This document shows positions 24,901-36,951 of a stretch of DNA of 64,000 nt, piece by piece; positions within the stretch are counted from its first letter, which is position 1; every line of letters begins with the position of its first letter. Source of the DNA: Nemertoderma westbladi (Eukaryota > Animalia > Xenacoelomorpha); contig JAUCBJ010001692.1 of NCBI GenBank assembly GCA_032718475.1, positions 1 to 64,000 on the forward strand, read 5' to 3'. The position numbers and the translations under genes were made by a program. A model generated the notes under the pieces. The model worked only from the letters and a program-made list of their open reading frames with translations. It did not search any database and was not told the origin of the DNA.

Positions 24901-27636
24901 GGTAACACCAGTGTGTTATACAGATGATGGCGAAAGCCAGACTTCTCAAGGAGAAGATAGCGGGAAAGATACTGACAGATCTTATTACGTAAATAAAATG
25001 CCTAAAGATCAGGTAAGTAAATTCAAGTCTCGAACAAATGACAGGAGAGAACAGGTAAGAAAAACTCCTACGTCTCCCAAGAGAATTCAGGTGAGAAAGC
25101 CCGAAGAAAAAGCAAGTGTACACAATGTTACTCAGAGTAAAGTAAGTAACATCAAACCGAAATGTGCGCTATGTGATGGGACCCATCGCTTAAATATGTG
25201 TGATGAATTTCTAAAGAAATCATTAACTGAGAGACGTGAAGTCATGTGGGACAAGCGGTTGTGCTATAATTGCCTCAGACAAGGACACCAACGGCGAACC
25301 TGTTACTCTGACACAAGATGTGCCAAGTGCGGTGCGAAACATCATATCTTGTTGCACACTGAATTCGAGCGAAATAGTCCGAGTCAGGTAAGTGATTCCG
25401 AACTACATGTCCAATTCAGTGATGTGAACGACACTGATCAATCTAAGATGGAAGGATTCTATACGGACGAGTTCTCCGACGAAAACGAATCCTGTTACAT
25501 GATAAATACCACAGTGTATCGAGCACTCATTTATGAAAAAGATACAGACATTGACCTCGCTCTAACTACTTCTGATCGACAACCATCTTGGAAAGCGCCA
25601 ACTTCCAATGTAGGGATTAGAGAATTTCCTGTGGTACAGGTAAGGGTCCATGGACCAAAAAGGAGTTATGTAGTGAACGCCCTCCTTGACTCCGGTAGTA
25701 CAGGAACATTCATCGACAAAGAGCTAGCCGAAGACATATTCGCTGGACAACCCAAGTTCCGAACTAAGCTAAACATGTCAGGAATTATGCAAGTTTGGAA
25801 ATCCACAGTAACCGTGGATTATTATGTAGGTGCGTTGTCCGCCCCCCAGGACGAACTAGGAGAACATAGCATAAGGTCAGTGAAAATGGTGGCTATAAAG
25901 AACTTCGCTACTACTCAAGCAGACCTTTATAATTGGGGCGAGGATGAGAGCATCCAACATCTTAAGATACCTCGATTCCAGACAGATTATCCTGGAGTGC
26001 AAATACTCATCGGTCAAAATGCGCATGAAGCGCTCGAGACATTAGAGAAACGACCTGCTCAACCGCAACCTCTACAAGTTTATGCGGGAAGAACTAGAGT
26101 AGGTTGGTACTTTACTGGCCCTTCCCGTAGAACTCTCATGGAAAGATTACCGAAAGACCAGGTATATCAAGCACGAGAATGGGAAGTTGAGAACAGTGAG
26201 TTCGACGATCCAACTGAGGGAACTCCATACTCCTCAGACAACGACGATATACATCAACTCTTCGATGAGGAGAATGCCATCGATCTCCTTAAGGAAAGCG
26301 AGACTTGGCAAAATCAAGTGAACTTATGTCAACTCCTTCTCCCATCCGAGCGAGACGACTATAACGACGAGCTTAATGACGTCATTGAACGTTATAATGC
26401 CAAGACTCGGGATGAACACGCCGTGAGATTCTTTACTCAAGAGGTCGTAGAGCCCAACTCCTACGATAAGGCCCTATCGGTGGAGGAAGAAAGAGCCAAG
26501 CAGATCCAAGCGACAACTACTCGTTTCTTAAAGATCAAGATAGGTATGAGATCGGACTTCCTTTCCGAAAGCGAGAACCAAAGTTTATTAACAACAGACC
26601 TTTGGCGGAGAAAAGAATTGCTCAACTACATCGACGCCTTACGGCAAATTCTTCAGCTAAAGAAATGTATAAAACACAGTTGAAGAAGTTTATTAGCAAG
26701 GGATATGCGGAGCTAGTACCGGAAGAAACCCCTATAACTGAGAGAACGTATTACTTAACTCACCATTACGTTCCCAAACCCGGTAAACCCCATGAAATAC
26801 GAGTGGTGTTTGACGGTTCCGCCCTTTATATGGGCCAATCTCTTAATTCTGAATTGTTACCCGGACCCAACTTACTCCAATCCTTGTTGGGAATACTACT
26901 AAGATTAAGACAATACTCCATTGCTTTCGCCTCAGATATAGAAGGCATGTTCTTACAAGTCAAAGCGCTGGATAGGGATGGAGATAGCCTACGATTTTTG
27001 TGGTGGCCTGAAGGAGACCTCAATAAGAAACCGGTGGAGTACTGGATGACCATCCAAGCTTTTGGGATAATCTCGAGCCCTTCAAACGCCTGTTCCGTGG
27101 TACGCACCACTGCGGATGACAACCGAGACACCTTCTCTAAAGAAGTGATCGACAATATCAAACGAGACATCTACATGGACGATAATCTGAAGTCCCTTCC
27201 ATCAGTCGAAGAAGCCATTGAGGTCGCTAAAGGAACGGTAGAGTGCTTAAAAAGAGGTGGATTTCGATTAACTAAATTCACCAGCAACTCCCGTGAGTTT
27301 CTGGAGTCGATCCTGGTAGAAGATCGAGGAGTAAAAGACCTAGATCTAATAAAGGATGATCTCCCAGAAACTAAGACCCTTGGTTTGAAATGGGACACAG
27401 AAAGAGACATCCTGTTTTTCCAATTAAAACAGCGAGATAATCCAGTTCGGACTAAACGGATTTGTTTAAGTATCCTGAGCACTTATTTCGATCCATTGGG
27501 ATTTATTAGCCCAGTTATATTGATTGCTCGGAGTTTAGTACAACAAATGTGGCTTGAAAACCACTCATGGGACGATCCACTTAAGGGAGAATTATTAAAG
27601 AAATGGATGAAATGGGAAGATTCTCTGTTATTGTGA
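21911..27636 (+). pseudogene. Element A gag-protease-RT polyprotein, frameshifted and truncated after RT
   Basis: Probable ATG at 21911; frameshifts near 22010, 24520 and 26530 relative to B; BEL gag KFNGDEMKWLPF, triple knuckle CALCDGTH..CYNCLRQGH..CAKCGAKHH, protease LLDSGS, RT RVVFDGS/DIEGMF/YMDD. Confidence 0.92.
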
Positions 27637-29006
27637 TGTGTTATCTCTCTGATGTGTTATTCGAGGAGGAAAGAATACAACGATATGGAGATGTGGAAAC
27701 ATATACCACACAATATTTAAAGTATAAAGACCTGCCTAATGCTAGCGAATGTGCTACCTTGTGGCATCCTGTGGGAATGACAATCGAAAACGCCACTAAA
27801 GAGTGGAACGAAACTCTTAACGTTATCGAGATGTATGGAGTTGTCACTTACGATAACGAAGGTAGCGTTCCGGTTGGAGAACTTGGAACTACGCGGATGA
27901 TACACATACGAGGACTCGCTGGTTCTACCCACGTATTTACTCGAGCATGTTCCGACGTTATTGATTATTCTTTTGAAACTCTTACTGAGACACAAAAGAA
28001 ACTCCGACATGGACAATTTGAACTCGCGCAGCGTTACGTCACCGACACCGAGCGCAAGCCGGCCATGGGTATCGATGGATCGATGTTACCCCAACCCGTG
28101 CTCGAGATGCTGTTTAACGAAGGAATCCTTAAAATCGGCTCAGCTGTTTATGGAGACCTACAGAACGACTTTCGGAATATGGAGAACATTCCATACCCCT
28201 TCGTTGATACTCAGCTGATTGCTCCTTGGGCAGAAGGCCGAGGTTTCTTCCGCACTATGTATGCCAATACACCCAGCGGAATTACCAAAGTACAACGAAC
28301 CTCCATCGGACATCTTGCCTTTCAAGAATACGGATGGAATTTCAAGGTTGGAAATCCTATAAATTACCAACAAGTATACGGAGATCATTATTCTTGTTTA
28401 TACTTTGATGGACCATTGACCGCACCTGGAGCCGTGTATAGCTTTATGAGTGTTCCACTTCGTCCCTCCTTAGCTATATACACGATCTTTGAAAACGCAG
28501 CACTTGCCGGTTGGCTAGCCGATGTGTGCAGTCGTACCATACGCGCCCATCCCTTAATACTTGGAACCAAACTCGCCAAGTTAGATGAACACAATAAATT
28601 CATCCGCTTTGAATGTTTCAGGCGCTTTCTGACTCCGTTCCGTAACGTTGATAGTCAGTTCAAGGACCGCGCTCTGACCAAACTCAGCCTGAGAGACTCA
28701 GCGGCGGAGAAGCTAAACAGCGCGGGATTTGCCCTTTTTCAGGACGTTTGTATACAGAACTTGCACTCATCTGTTATACAAAGACCCCGAATACCCACGG
28801 GTTATTCTGTCGTCGAAGTTCAGACAGTGGGTCCACTTGCGGAGACAGCCGCACCTACCTCAGCTATGCAATTGGAAGACGAACCAATATGCTTAGAAGC
28901 TGAAGCGATTCAGCCTACAGCGCCCCGGAGCAGCGATAATGACTACATCTTAAGAGTGGTATCAAGGTCCACAATATCTCACCACATACGATTATCGACA
29001 CGCTAA
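27603..29006 (+). CDS. Accessory ORF with a DEDDy 3'-5' exonuclease-like (WRN/EXD/Mut-7-like) domain; N-terminus lost by deletion
   Basis: ExoI VVTYDNEG (D codon at 27852); LPQPVLEMLFNEGILKIGSAVYGD (ExoII); FVDT; SIGHLA; ExoIII-like PLRPSLAIYTIFE (about 28455-28493). Confidence 0.65.
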   Translation: MDEMGRFSVIVMCYLSDVLFEEERIQRYGDVETYTTQYLKYKDLPNASECATLWHPVGMTIENATKEWNETLNVIEMYGVVTYDNEGSVPVGELGTTRMIHIRGLAGSTHVFTRACSDVIDYSFETLTETQKKLRHGQFELAQRYVTDTERKPAMGIDGSMLPQPVLEMLFNEGILKIGSAVYGDLQNDFRNMENIPYPFVDTQLIAPWAEGRGFFRTMYANTPSGITKVQRTSIGHLAFQEYGWNFKVGNPINYQQVYGDHYSCLYFDGPLTAPGAVYSFMSVPLRPSLAIYTIFENAALAGWLADVCSRTIRAHPLILGTKLAKLDEHNKFIRFECFRRFLTPFRNVDSQFKDRALTKLSLRDSAAEKLNSAGFALFQDVCIQNLHSSVIQRPRIPTGYSVVEVQTVGPLAETAAPTSAMQLEDEPICLEAEAIQPTAPRSSDNDYILRVVSRSTISHHIRLSTR

Positions 29007-29955
29007 CTATGTTTCTCGAAAACGTTGTCGATTATGCGCATCGAGAGACCATTTCACCCCTATGGACTCAGACGTACCCTGCTCCTATTTCCACGAACAA
29101 CCAATGATGGAGATATATTGTGCGTATTGCAGACTTAATAACTCTCATATTTTTGCAGTCTGCCCCCAATTTATGACTCAATGCCACCACTGTCAACTTA
29201 AAGGACATGCCAGTTATAATTGCCCCTTTAATCACGATTTAGAGAGCGTAGACGAAATGATTACCCTGCGATACATTCGAGCTTGGGAAGCGAACGCGGA
29301 TTTACATTGTGAGTCCCGTCATCGATACTACCCTGGACGCTCTTACGAGGGAGTTTACGCATTCCATCCTTATTTATTAGCGTCTGTGGAACAAAAAACA
29401 CGCATACCGAGTTACGAGCTAATGAAGCGTGTTGGTGAGTGTATTTCCACTAAATTTGTTAGAAGATACCTTAGGAACGTCAATCCTAACGATATTACTT
29501 CATACCATTTGATCAATTATATCCGTCAAGACCCTGAGTATGGCGATTTATTTATCAACTCGCACCCTGAGTTAAAGGAAGTATCTCGACGGCCCTACGA
29601 ATATCGAGCCCGAGAACGCGAGCTGGAAAGAACTATTAAACCAAGGAAGTTTCTCACCACCCCTGGTCCGCCTACCGCCATTACCCAGACAACCCGTCAA
29701 GGACCCGTAGGAGCTGCTGTCCTGAGGCGCGCCCTAAAGGCTGTTAGACCTCGCTCCACGGAAGTTGATATCGATCAACCAGGTACCTCGACCGGCGGAT
29801 ACACCGATCGCAATCCGAAACCTTCTGATGCAATTGTATTGCACCCTTCACCCAGGAGTTACAGCCCTCCTAGTAAAGTGGCTCGCCCCAAAGAGAAAAG
29901 GACTCTTACTAGCCTCAAAAAACTGCGTAAACGCCGTCCGCGTAAGAAAGACTAA
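28939..29955 (+). CDS. Accessory ORF with three CCHC zinc-knuckle-like motifs and a basic C-terminal NLS-like tail
   Basis: The frame is open upstream of the ATG at 29062 back to a TAA at 28951, with an ATG at 28939. Motifs: CRLC-x4-H-x9-C, CAYC-x5-H-x4-C, CHHC-x4-H-x4-C. It ends KKLRKRRPRKKD. Confidence 0.7.
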
Positions 29956-30033
29956 CTGTTTAGAGTATTTTTATATTTTAGAAACTGTGATTTGTTATAT
30001 TTTATAGACTTAAATCCCATTTTCTGGGAGCGG

Positions 30034-31204
30034 TGTAAAAGCTTTTGCGTCATTAACCGGTTATTTTCCCTTAAAGTACTCTGTAGTTGGTTTACCAGGC
30101 ATAAAAAGGCTGTGTCCTTGCTGTACTGGTGTTTTAGAGGACATAAAAGTCATTTCTTCTGTATTTGTACTTTAGAGGACATAATCCGCAATCTCGTGAC
30201 GCGATAAGCTAGATACTCTTGAAAACAGTGTCGCTACCATGACGACGGCTAACAGCTGATATTGCCACGTCGACATTTCTTTGTTTCTTTGTTCTCTCGT
30301 GGTTCGGTTGACCAATCAGAGCGTTTTTGTCTCTGTGTTGGAGGTATATACAGAACTCAGTAGTTCAGTGTTATGTTTTTTGCCCAGAGCCTAAGAACAT
30401 CGGCTTTTGGCACCTCCGTATATCAGCATTCTTTAGCTTTACATTAGTAGGCTTAATTATAGAACGTATATCTGTTATCATACAAATCAAACTACTTACA
30501 AACCAATTCAATGCTGTTCAGTGTTTTTGTTTATATCTTACTAATATTACTGCTTTTGCTGTCGGTTGTTCATTATATTGGTTGATGAAATATTATATCG
30601 GAATACTGATCAATAGTCAGACACCCCACCTTCTTGATATACTAAAGGTTAGAGAGACCGGTTACAGATAAACGATTGCGACCTATGTTGAGTGGTTTGA
30701 AGTGAATCTAATGCTATTTCATATGCCCAACATAAATTGTCTGTTGCTCTCTTTATACGTGACCAAATTTAGTGAAGGTCGGCAGATTAGTGTGCAGTAT
30801 TGTGCAGCATTGTGTATGATTGTAACTGATAACAAAGCATCTCCTAAAGAATGCGCCATATACGTAAATCTATAGCCTTTTCGTTGTGTCTAGTTTAAGT
30901 CATAACTCTGTTTACATATTTAGAGCGCCACGTCCTAAAGGAACTGTTAATATTTCCCGAAAGTGAATAATATTTGTCAGAGATTATATTACGATCAGTC
31001 GAATAATACGGTAGGCTTACACCATCAATCATTAAGCTCCGAACTCAGTCTCCCGGGTATATCCAACGGGTGAATGATTGCGCATAGACTGGCTTCGGCT
31101 AATGTAGTGTATCAAATACTCGTCATAAGCTAAAGAATATATATCATCCAAAAGACATCCTAATTTGGCAGGTTAAACTGTCAAAGGTCTTAAAAGCGCA
31201 AACA
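30034..31204 (+). repeat. Element A 3' LTR
   Basis: Same length as the 5' LTR; only two substitutions noticed by eye. Confidence 0.95.
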
Positions 31205-31513
31205 GTATGCACTGTCCAACACAAAATGAAAATCGCTCTGATTGGTTGAGCCGAACAAAGAAAGCCAAAAGCTACACGTCGACATCTCAGCTGATAGATG
31301 TCGTCATCTGAAATACACTGTATTAAGAGTATTCTGGTGCATTGCGGCATAAAATTGCTAGTTATGTCCGCTAAAGTACACATACAGAAGAAATGGCTTT
31401 TTATGTCCACTAAAACACCTGTACAGTAAGGAAACGGCTTTTTATGTCCGCTAAAACACCTACAGAGTACTTTGCGGGGAAAATAACCAGCTAATTCCGC
31501 AAAAGCCTTTACA
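31205..31513 (-). repeat. Element B 3' LTR, proximal (U3) part
   Basis: Matches 45741-45900 plus 47968-48100; abuts the PPT ccgctcccagaaaatggg. Confidence 0.95.
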
Positions 31514-31591
31514 CCGCTCCCAGAAAATGGGATTTAATTCTATAAAATATAAAAAATCACAGTTTCTAAAATATAAAAATACTCTAAACAG

Positions 31592-33130
31592 TTAGTCTTT
31601 CTTGCGCGGACGGCGTTTACGCAGTTTTTTGAGGCTAGCAAGAGTCCTTTTCTCTTTGGGGCGAGCCACTTTACTAGGAGGGCTATAACTCCTGGGTGAA
31701 GGGTGCAATACAATTGCATCGGAAGGTTTAGGATTACGGTCGGTGTATCCGCCGGTCGAGGTACCTGGTTGATCGATATCAACCTCAGTGGAACGAGGTC
31801 GAACAACCTTGAGAGCGCATTTTAAGACAGCAGCTCTTACTGGTGCCTTACGGGTCATTTGCACGAGAGCGGTAGGTGGACCGTGTGTAGTGAGAAATTC
31901 CCTCGGTTTGATGATTCTTTCCAACTCACGTTCTCGGGCTCTATCGGGATCGATATGCTTCTCCTCGAGCTGATTTTCCTCCGCTTGTCGTTGAAAGCAT
32001 TCGTCCAAAACTCTTGCAGAAAGTAGAGTCGTCCAAGTTCGAAATCTTCTTAGAGATTCTGGATTTCCTGATCGAACTGAGATAAAGCTAATTCGTTTAC
32101 CGCTTGGACTTGTTGTTGCAATCTCTGAACAATCGTAGGTTCCTTTTCCGATCTTTTTGCCGAATAATGTCTAACGCGTTTCGTTCAACTCTCTCCTCCA
32201 CCTCGGTGACAGGTTGTTTCGTGTTAAACGGGGACGATTATACGGTTGAATGGCGATATTAGGTGTCCGCGTCCCAATCCGGCTAGGTAAGATGGGCGAA
32301 TATTTAGGGAGCCCACAACCGGAGTGCCACCGACTAACCGTTCGGGTAACACTAGATCTTTGAACAGTGAGTACAGTTCGGGAGGATCCGTGATACTATT
32401 AGGATCAAGAGTCTGAGGTCTTAACTAGGGAATGAGGAGGTCTGACCGAGTATTCCGGAACTCTGATCATAGGTTTATTTAAGGATCGTTTGAATCGAGC
32501 GAGCGTAGGTGATACATCGAACAAGTTTCGCTCGAAACTCCCAGAAATATAGCGAGTAAAACCGTGTTTAAAGCAACGTCTCCGTGGATGTTTATGTCTT
32601 TCCGTTTGTTGGTTGGGTCTTGGGCATTCATCGCAATAATACCAAAGACGCACGTCTTGTAGGGGAAACGCGGGTGATATTTATTCGGTTTTACAATGTT
32701 TCTCTCAAGAATTCCAAATATACGTTGGAGTTACCGCGTTTATCCGGTTCTTTAACGTCTTCTCTTTCGAGTCGATTTCGAATAGAATTTTCGCATTCGA
32801 TTTTCAGTTTATCATTCCGACTCCGCTGGGTAGGATATTTAAATAGTACCATTTCCCTTTCGGTGTCGACATAGTCCGTATCGTGTAAATCGATAGGATG
32901 GCCAGTAGTTAAGAAGTCCATATACGTACCATTACGATGCGTATAGCGAGCGGTGAATTTTCTATAGTACAATTCAGGCGTAAGTTGCTTCTGGGACATC
33001 GGCGGTTCGATATAACGACCATCGTCCTCCGTAGTAGTTGGACTAGCGTCGCCGCGTATCAAGCTATCCACAAACGCTTGCAACGGTAGAGTACCCTGAT
33101 ACCAAGATCATCTTCTATCAACTCAGTCAT
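31592..33130 (-). pseudogene. Element B accessory ORF remnant (fragmented); only the last ~115 codons are homologous to A's zinc-knuckle ORF
   Basis: ORF pieces 32691-33083, 32405-32653 and 31592-32008; shared tail RARERELER..RRPRKKD. Confidence 0.6.
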
Positions 33131-34830
33131 ATCTGCTATATGAGTTTATCAATATTATAATTAGTTATAATTAGGCTAGCGGGCGTCGCTGCCTACCCCT
33201 CACGGCCCCCGGACAGTGTAAGATCCTCAGCGCTGATGTACTGTCGCCGCTGTGCCTATCGCCAACATAGTAGCTGCACAACGACAACAACGACCAGCGC
33301 GAGTCATCCACTGTCCGTCCCAAAGGCTTAGATTTACTTCAGGTTCTTACTGCAGAGTTAGGGCTACTTTAACAATTGCGACTCGCTACTGTAAACACAC
33401 TTTAGTAGTAACATTCACCTATAAACGCACAAATTCCACACAACTGTCACAAACCGCACACATTCGGGCCATTTGTCCGTTAGTCAAGTGCCTTCCAGAA
33501 TGCCACGTTATTATTGGGTATCCTTGGATACTAGCAGTGTGCTATTATTCCTTATGCTATTCAATGGGCAAGCTTTATTGTTCTTTTAACTCACTTCTAA
33601 TTCTAGCGTGGTTGTTGCCATGGTGACATTATGGAAAGCTAGCCGTAGAATTAGGGTAATTCTCATGCATACAGATCTGGGATGCTATTTAATAGTAATT
33701 CTTTAATTGTCAATATTCCTCTTTATACATGATTTTATGAATTTTATCGGCTATTGACTATATATTGGAGATTCTCGCACACTAATACACTTAATAGGGT
33801 GAATCTCCGCTCCCATGATCTATTAATTAATGGAATTTTGGGAATGTTACAAATTGTATAAAAATGACAATTTATCAAATTCATTAAAAGATATGAATTT
33901 AAATTTATTCCCGTAAATTTTATTATTTAATATTAAATAGACACAATTTTATTCCAGAGCATGTCTGGGGACTAGGATCCTGAATTCTAGGAAATTTGTC
34001 CTTTTAAGAGTATCGGTAGGTGCTACGATATCTTAATAGACTAGAATTTTAAAGGATCTAAAATTTTATAGATTTTAATTTATAGAATTTCTAGAGTTAA
34101 CTTGTAAGTAGTTACTCTATTGTATCTATTTGACAGATTTTATAAATATTAATAGTTAATATTTAAGATGGGCACCGGTTTATTCCAGAACTTGTCTGGG
34201 GACGTTAACCACTGATTCTAGAATTTTGTCTTTCAAGTATATCGGTGGGTGCCGTGATATCTTAATCGACTAGAATTACAGATGGTCAAAGGGTTTAACA
34301 GATTTATTTTGCGTTTTACGCTACTGTTAAAGGGACATCACGCTACTATATGTATTATTTAATATACGGTATGAGAGCAATATCGCAAGAAGCAATGTCA
34401 GTGAGAAGAGGCAAGTCGTTTCCAAGGTCTACCCAGAGCTTGGTTTAGCCGAGACACGAGGATCTGAATTTTGCATTCCTAATACTCTACTTACCAATAA
34501 TACTTGAATATAGTAGGAGCTTTATTGTACTTTAATAAGTACGGACATTTCATCTTACTATAGTCACGTATTTATAATATGATACGGACAGTAAGGAAAG
34601 AGAAAAATAATTATTTCTCGCCGTCGCACTAAATATATAATATATAAGTAATTAAGTAATAAACACTAATATATATTGCACTAATCTACTAAATAATCGC
34701 TAAAATAACATTCTACTAAATAAAATTAAAGAAAACGATTAGAATAAAATTACATAATAATACATACATAAATATAAAATAATAAGAACAAATATAAAAT
34801 AATATAGTCACACACCCACTCCAGACGCTG

Positions 34831-36951
34831 TTACGTTGGGGAGTCCCTAGATGTTTGTTGGATTAGGGAGGTGGTCGTGGGAAGATTATCTTGCCTTCCA
34901 TAGTTTCCGGAGAGTTCTCTGTCTCTTTCCAGTAAACATAAACGACCAACTGGGCGATTGAGTTGCTGTGTCTCGAAGACAATTCCCGGTTTCTTAAAGT
35001 TACGTCGCATGACGACGAGTTCTACCGATCGCACTAAACCGTCATCCGAGATATGAGTCTCGATGATACGACCTGTCTGCCACCGCTTACGTGGAAGATC
35101 TGAATCCACAATAAGGACCATGTCTCCGGCGCTGACGTTTTCTTGCTGCGCAAACCACTTAGTTCGAAGTTGTAGCGTGGGCAGATAATGTTTTTCGAAG
35201 TGGTCAGCGAAACGACGGGATAACAACTGCATAAGTTGCCAAGTTTGCCGACAGTATTCGTCTCCGTCCGTGATTTCCGATCGTGGGAGCATGGCTACAG
35301 GTTTCTTCAGTAGGAAGTGCACGGGTGTTAGCGCTTCCAGGGAATCGGGACTCGATGAGACTGGCATAAGCGGTCTCTCATTGAGATAGGCGGCTATTTC
35401 CTCCATTAACGTCCGCAAAAGTTCGTCGGTGAGATACACGCGGCACGGCACTATAAAGTGAAATGCGGTCTTCACGCTTCTGATTAATCTCTCCCAACTT
35501 CCTCCCCACAAAGGGGCGTCGGCGGTGTTGAAGGTCCAGCTAGATGCTGTTACCCTTAGCTGATCGTCCACCTGTCTTTGGTTCCAATCTTTGACGTAAG
35601 CCTTGATTTCATTGTTGGCACCAATGAAGTTCGTTCCCTTATCAGATCTCATCGTGTTACTAGTTCCAAAGCGAGCGATCTGTCGGCGTAAGCTCAATAT
35701 GAAGCTATTGGTAGACAAATCGTTCACCATATCGAGATGGATAGCTCTACAAGTCATACAGACAAAGATGACACACCATCTCTTGCCTATAGTCCTAGCA
35801 CGATATACTTCAATAGGGCTAAATAAATCCACACCGGTATTAGTAAAGGGTGGTTCATAGAAGCTTACTCGTTCCCTAGGTAATTCTGCCTCTCGCTGTG
35901 TTAAAGGCCTACTGAATGCTTTCCTACAGGGTATGCAGTTCCTAAGAACTTGGTTCAGAGCTCTACGGGGTTTATGAAAATAATAGCGAGTTCGAATTTC
36001 GCTAACAACTCGTTCTCTACCAGCATGATAAAGCTTACTGTGAACATCTACAATCATCTTGATTTGTATTTCAAGATTTCTAATGAGTATGGGAAACTTA
36101 GTTTCAAAGGATAATGGAGCATTAGTTAGTCTTCCTCCAACACGTATTAACCCATCTATCATTGTGCTAGAGAAACGATCCCTTAAGCGCATCTGTGGAT
36201 TTCTCAACAACGGGAAATACTTATCGGAATCCTCATAGCATTGCAAGAGTCTCAGTATCTGCTTATTGGTTTCTTCATGCTCCTGGTAACTGATCTTCTC
36301 CTTCAGAAACCTGTCGGATATCTTGTATTTGGGAAGATCTTTAACAACATGGACCTGCGCAGATGTCAGTGGAGCGGTATCACTAGTGGTCTTCGTCCTG
36401 GAGTAGTGATGATGAAAACATCGCTTTAAATATGTAACGGCCTTACAGAGCCAATTCCAGGAACTATAGTGATGTATCGCTCTCTGTAGGAGGGGTGAGA
36501 GTCCTTGCGAGACATCTGGTATTCCAGATTTCCAATCTCTCTCCCTGATTTCCACAACAGACTTATTTGTGGCTGCGGGTTTCGGATCCAAAGCGTCGTC
36601 TCCGGAAGTGTGTAGTACAGACAGATCTACCACGGGTTTAAATAACTTCGATTTACTCGCCCGAGTTTTAGGTTTGACTTTCTCCGCTCCCTTGGCCTGT
36701 CTAATCTCCGCCGTAGTAAGATGAGGAGGCCATTCATCCTCTTCTTTGCTTAGGAAGTCGGGTCCACCTAACCAGTCTGGAGTATCTATCAGTTCTTGTG
36801 GAGTTGCTCCCCTGGAGGCGATGTCGGCTGGATTAATCGTTCCGGGGCAATGTCTCCATTGATCTATCTTCGTGCGACTAAGTATAATGGCTACTCTGTT
36901 GGTAACGAAGACGCTGAACTGACAGTCTTCATTGGTTATATACTCCAACAC
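34831..36951 (-). CDS. Element B RNase H C-terminal part + integrase
   Basis: NPADIASRG; RVGGRL; HHCC (HSKLYH..CIPC); DDE motifs GVDLF, SDKGTNF and GSWERL; BEL C-terminal GRII..DGLVRSV. Confidence 0.95.
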   Translation of the reverse strand: MLEYITNEDCQFSVFVTNRVAIILSRTKIDQWRHCPGTINPADIASRGATPQELIDTPDWLGGPDFLSKEEDEWPPHLTTAEIRQAKGAEKVKPKTRASKSKLFKPVVDLSVLHTSGDDALDPKPAATNKSVVEIRERDWKSGIPDVSQGLSPLLQRAIHHYSSWNWLCKAVTYLKRCFHHHYSRTKTTSDTAPLTSAQVHVVKDLPKYKISDRFLKEKISYQEHEETNKQILRLLQCYEDSDKYFPLLRNPQMRLRDRFSSTMIDGLIRVGGRLTNAPLSFETKFPILIRNLEIQIKMIVDVHSKLYHAGRERVVSEIRTRYYFHKPRRALNQVLRNCIPCRKAFSRPLTQREAELPRERVSFYEPPFTNTGVDLFSPIEVYRARTIGKRWCVIFVCMTCRAIHLDMVNDLSTNSFILSLRRQIARFGTSNTMRSDKGTNFIGANNEIKAYVKDWNQRQVDDQLRVTASSWTFNTADAPLWGGSWERLIRSVKTAFHFIVPCRVYLTDELLRTLMEEIAAYLNERPLMPVSSSPDSLEALTPVHFLLKKPVAMLPRSEITDGDEYCRQTWQLMQLLSRRFADHFEKHYLPTLQLRTKWFAQQENVSAGDMVLIVDSDLPRKRWQTGRIIETHISDDGLVRSVELVVMRRNFKKPGIVFETQQLNRPVGRLCLLERDRELSGNYGRQDNLPTTTSLIQQTSRDSPT

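Larger units (their letters stand above)
18551..31204 (+). mobile_element. BEL/Pao LTR retrotransposon A, internally deleted (no RNase H or integrase), with accessory ORFs
   Basis: 1171-bp direct LTRs, 5-bp TSD GTATG (18546-18550 / 31205-31209), gag-PR-RT homologous to B and PPT ..ctgggagcgg just before 30034. Confidence 0.95.

Noticed and set aside
29116-29226. Nanos-type zinc finger
   Set aside because: The spacing (C-x2-C-x4/5-H-x4-C) fits retroviral-type knuckles, not the longer Nanos CCHC spacing
27603-29955. Accessory ORFs of A as an env gene
   Set aside because: No signal peptide, furin site with fusion peptide or transmembrane anchor is visible; the motifs fit an exonuclease and zinc knuckles instead
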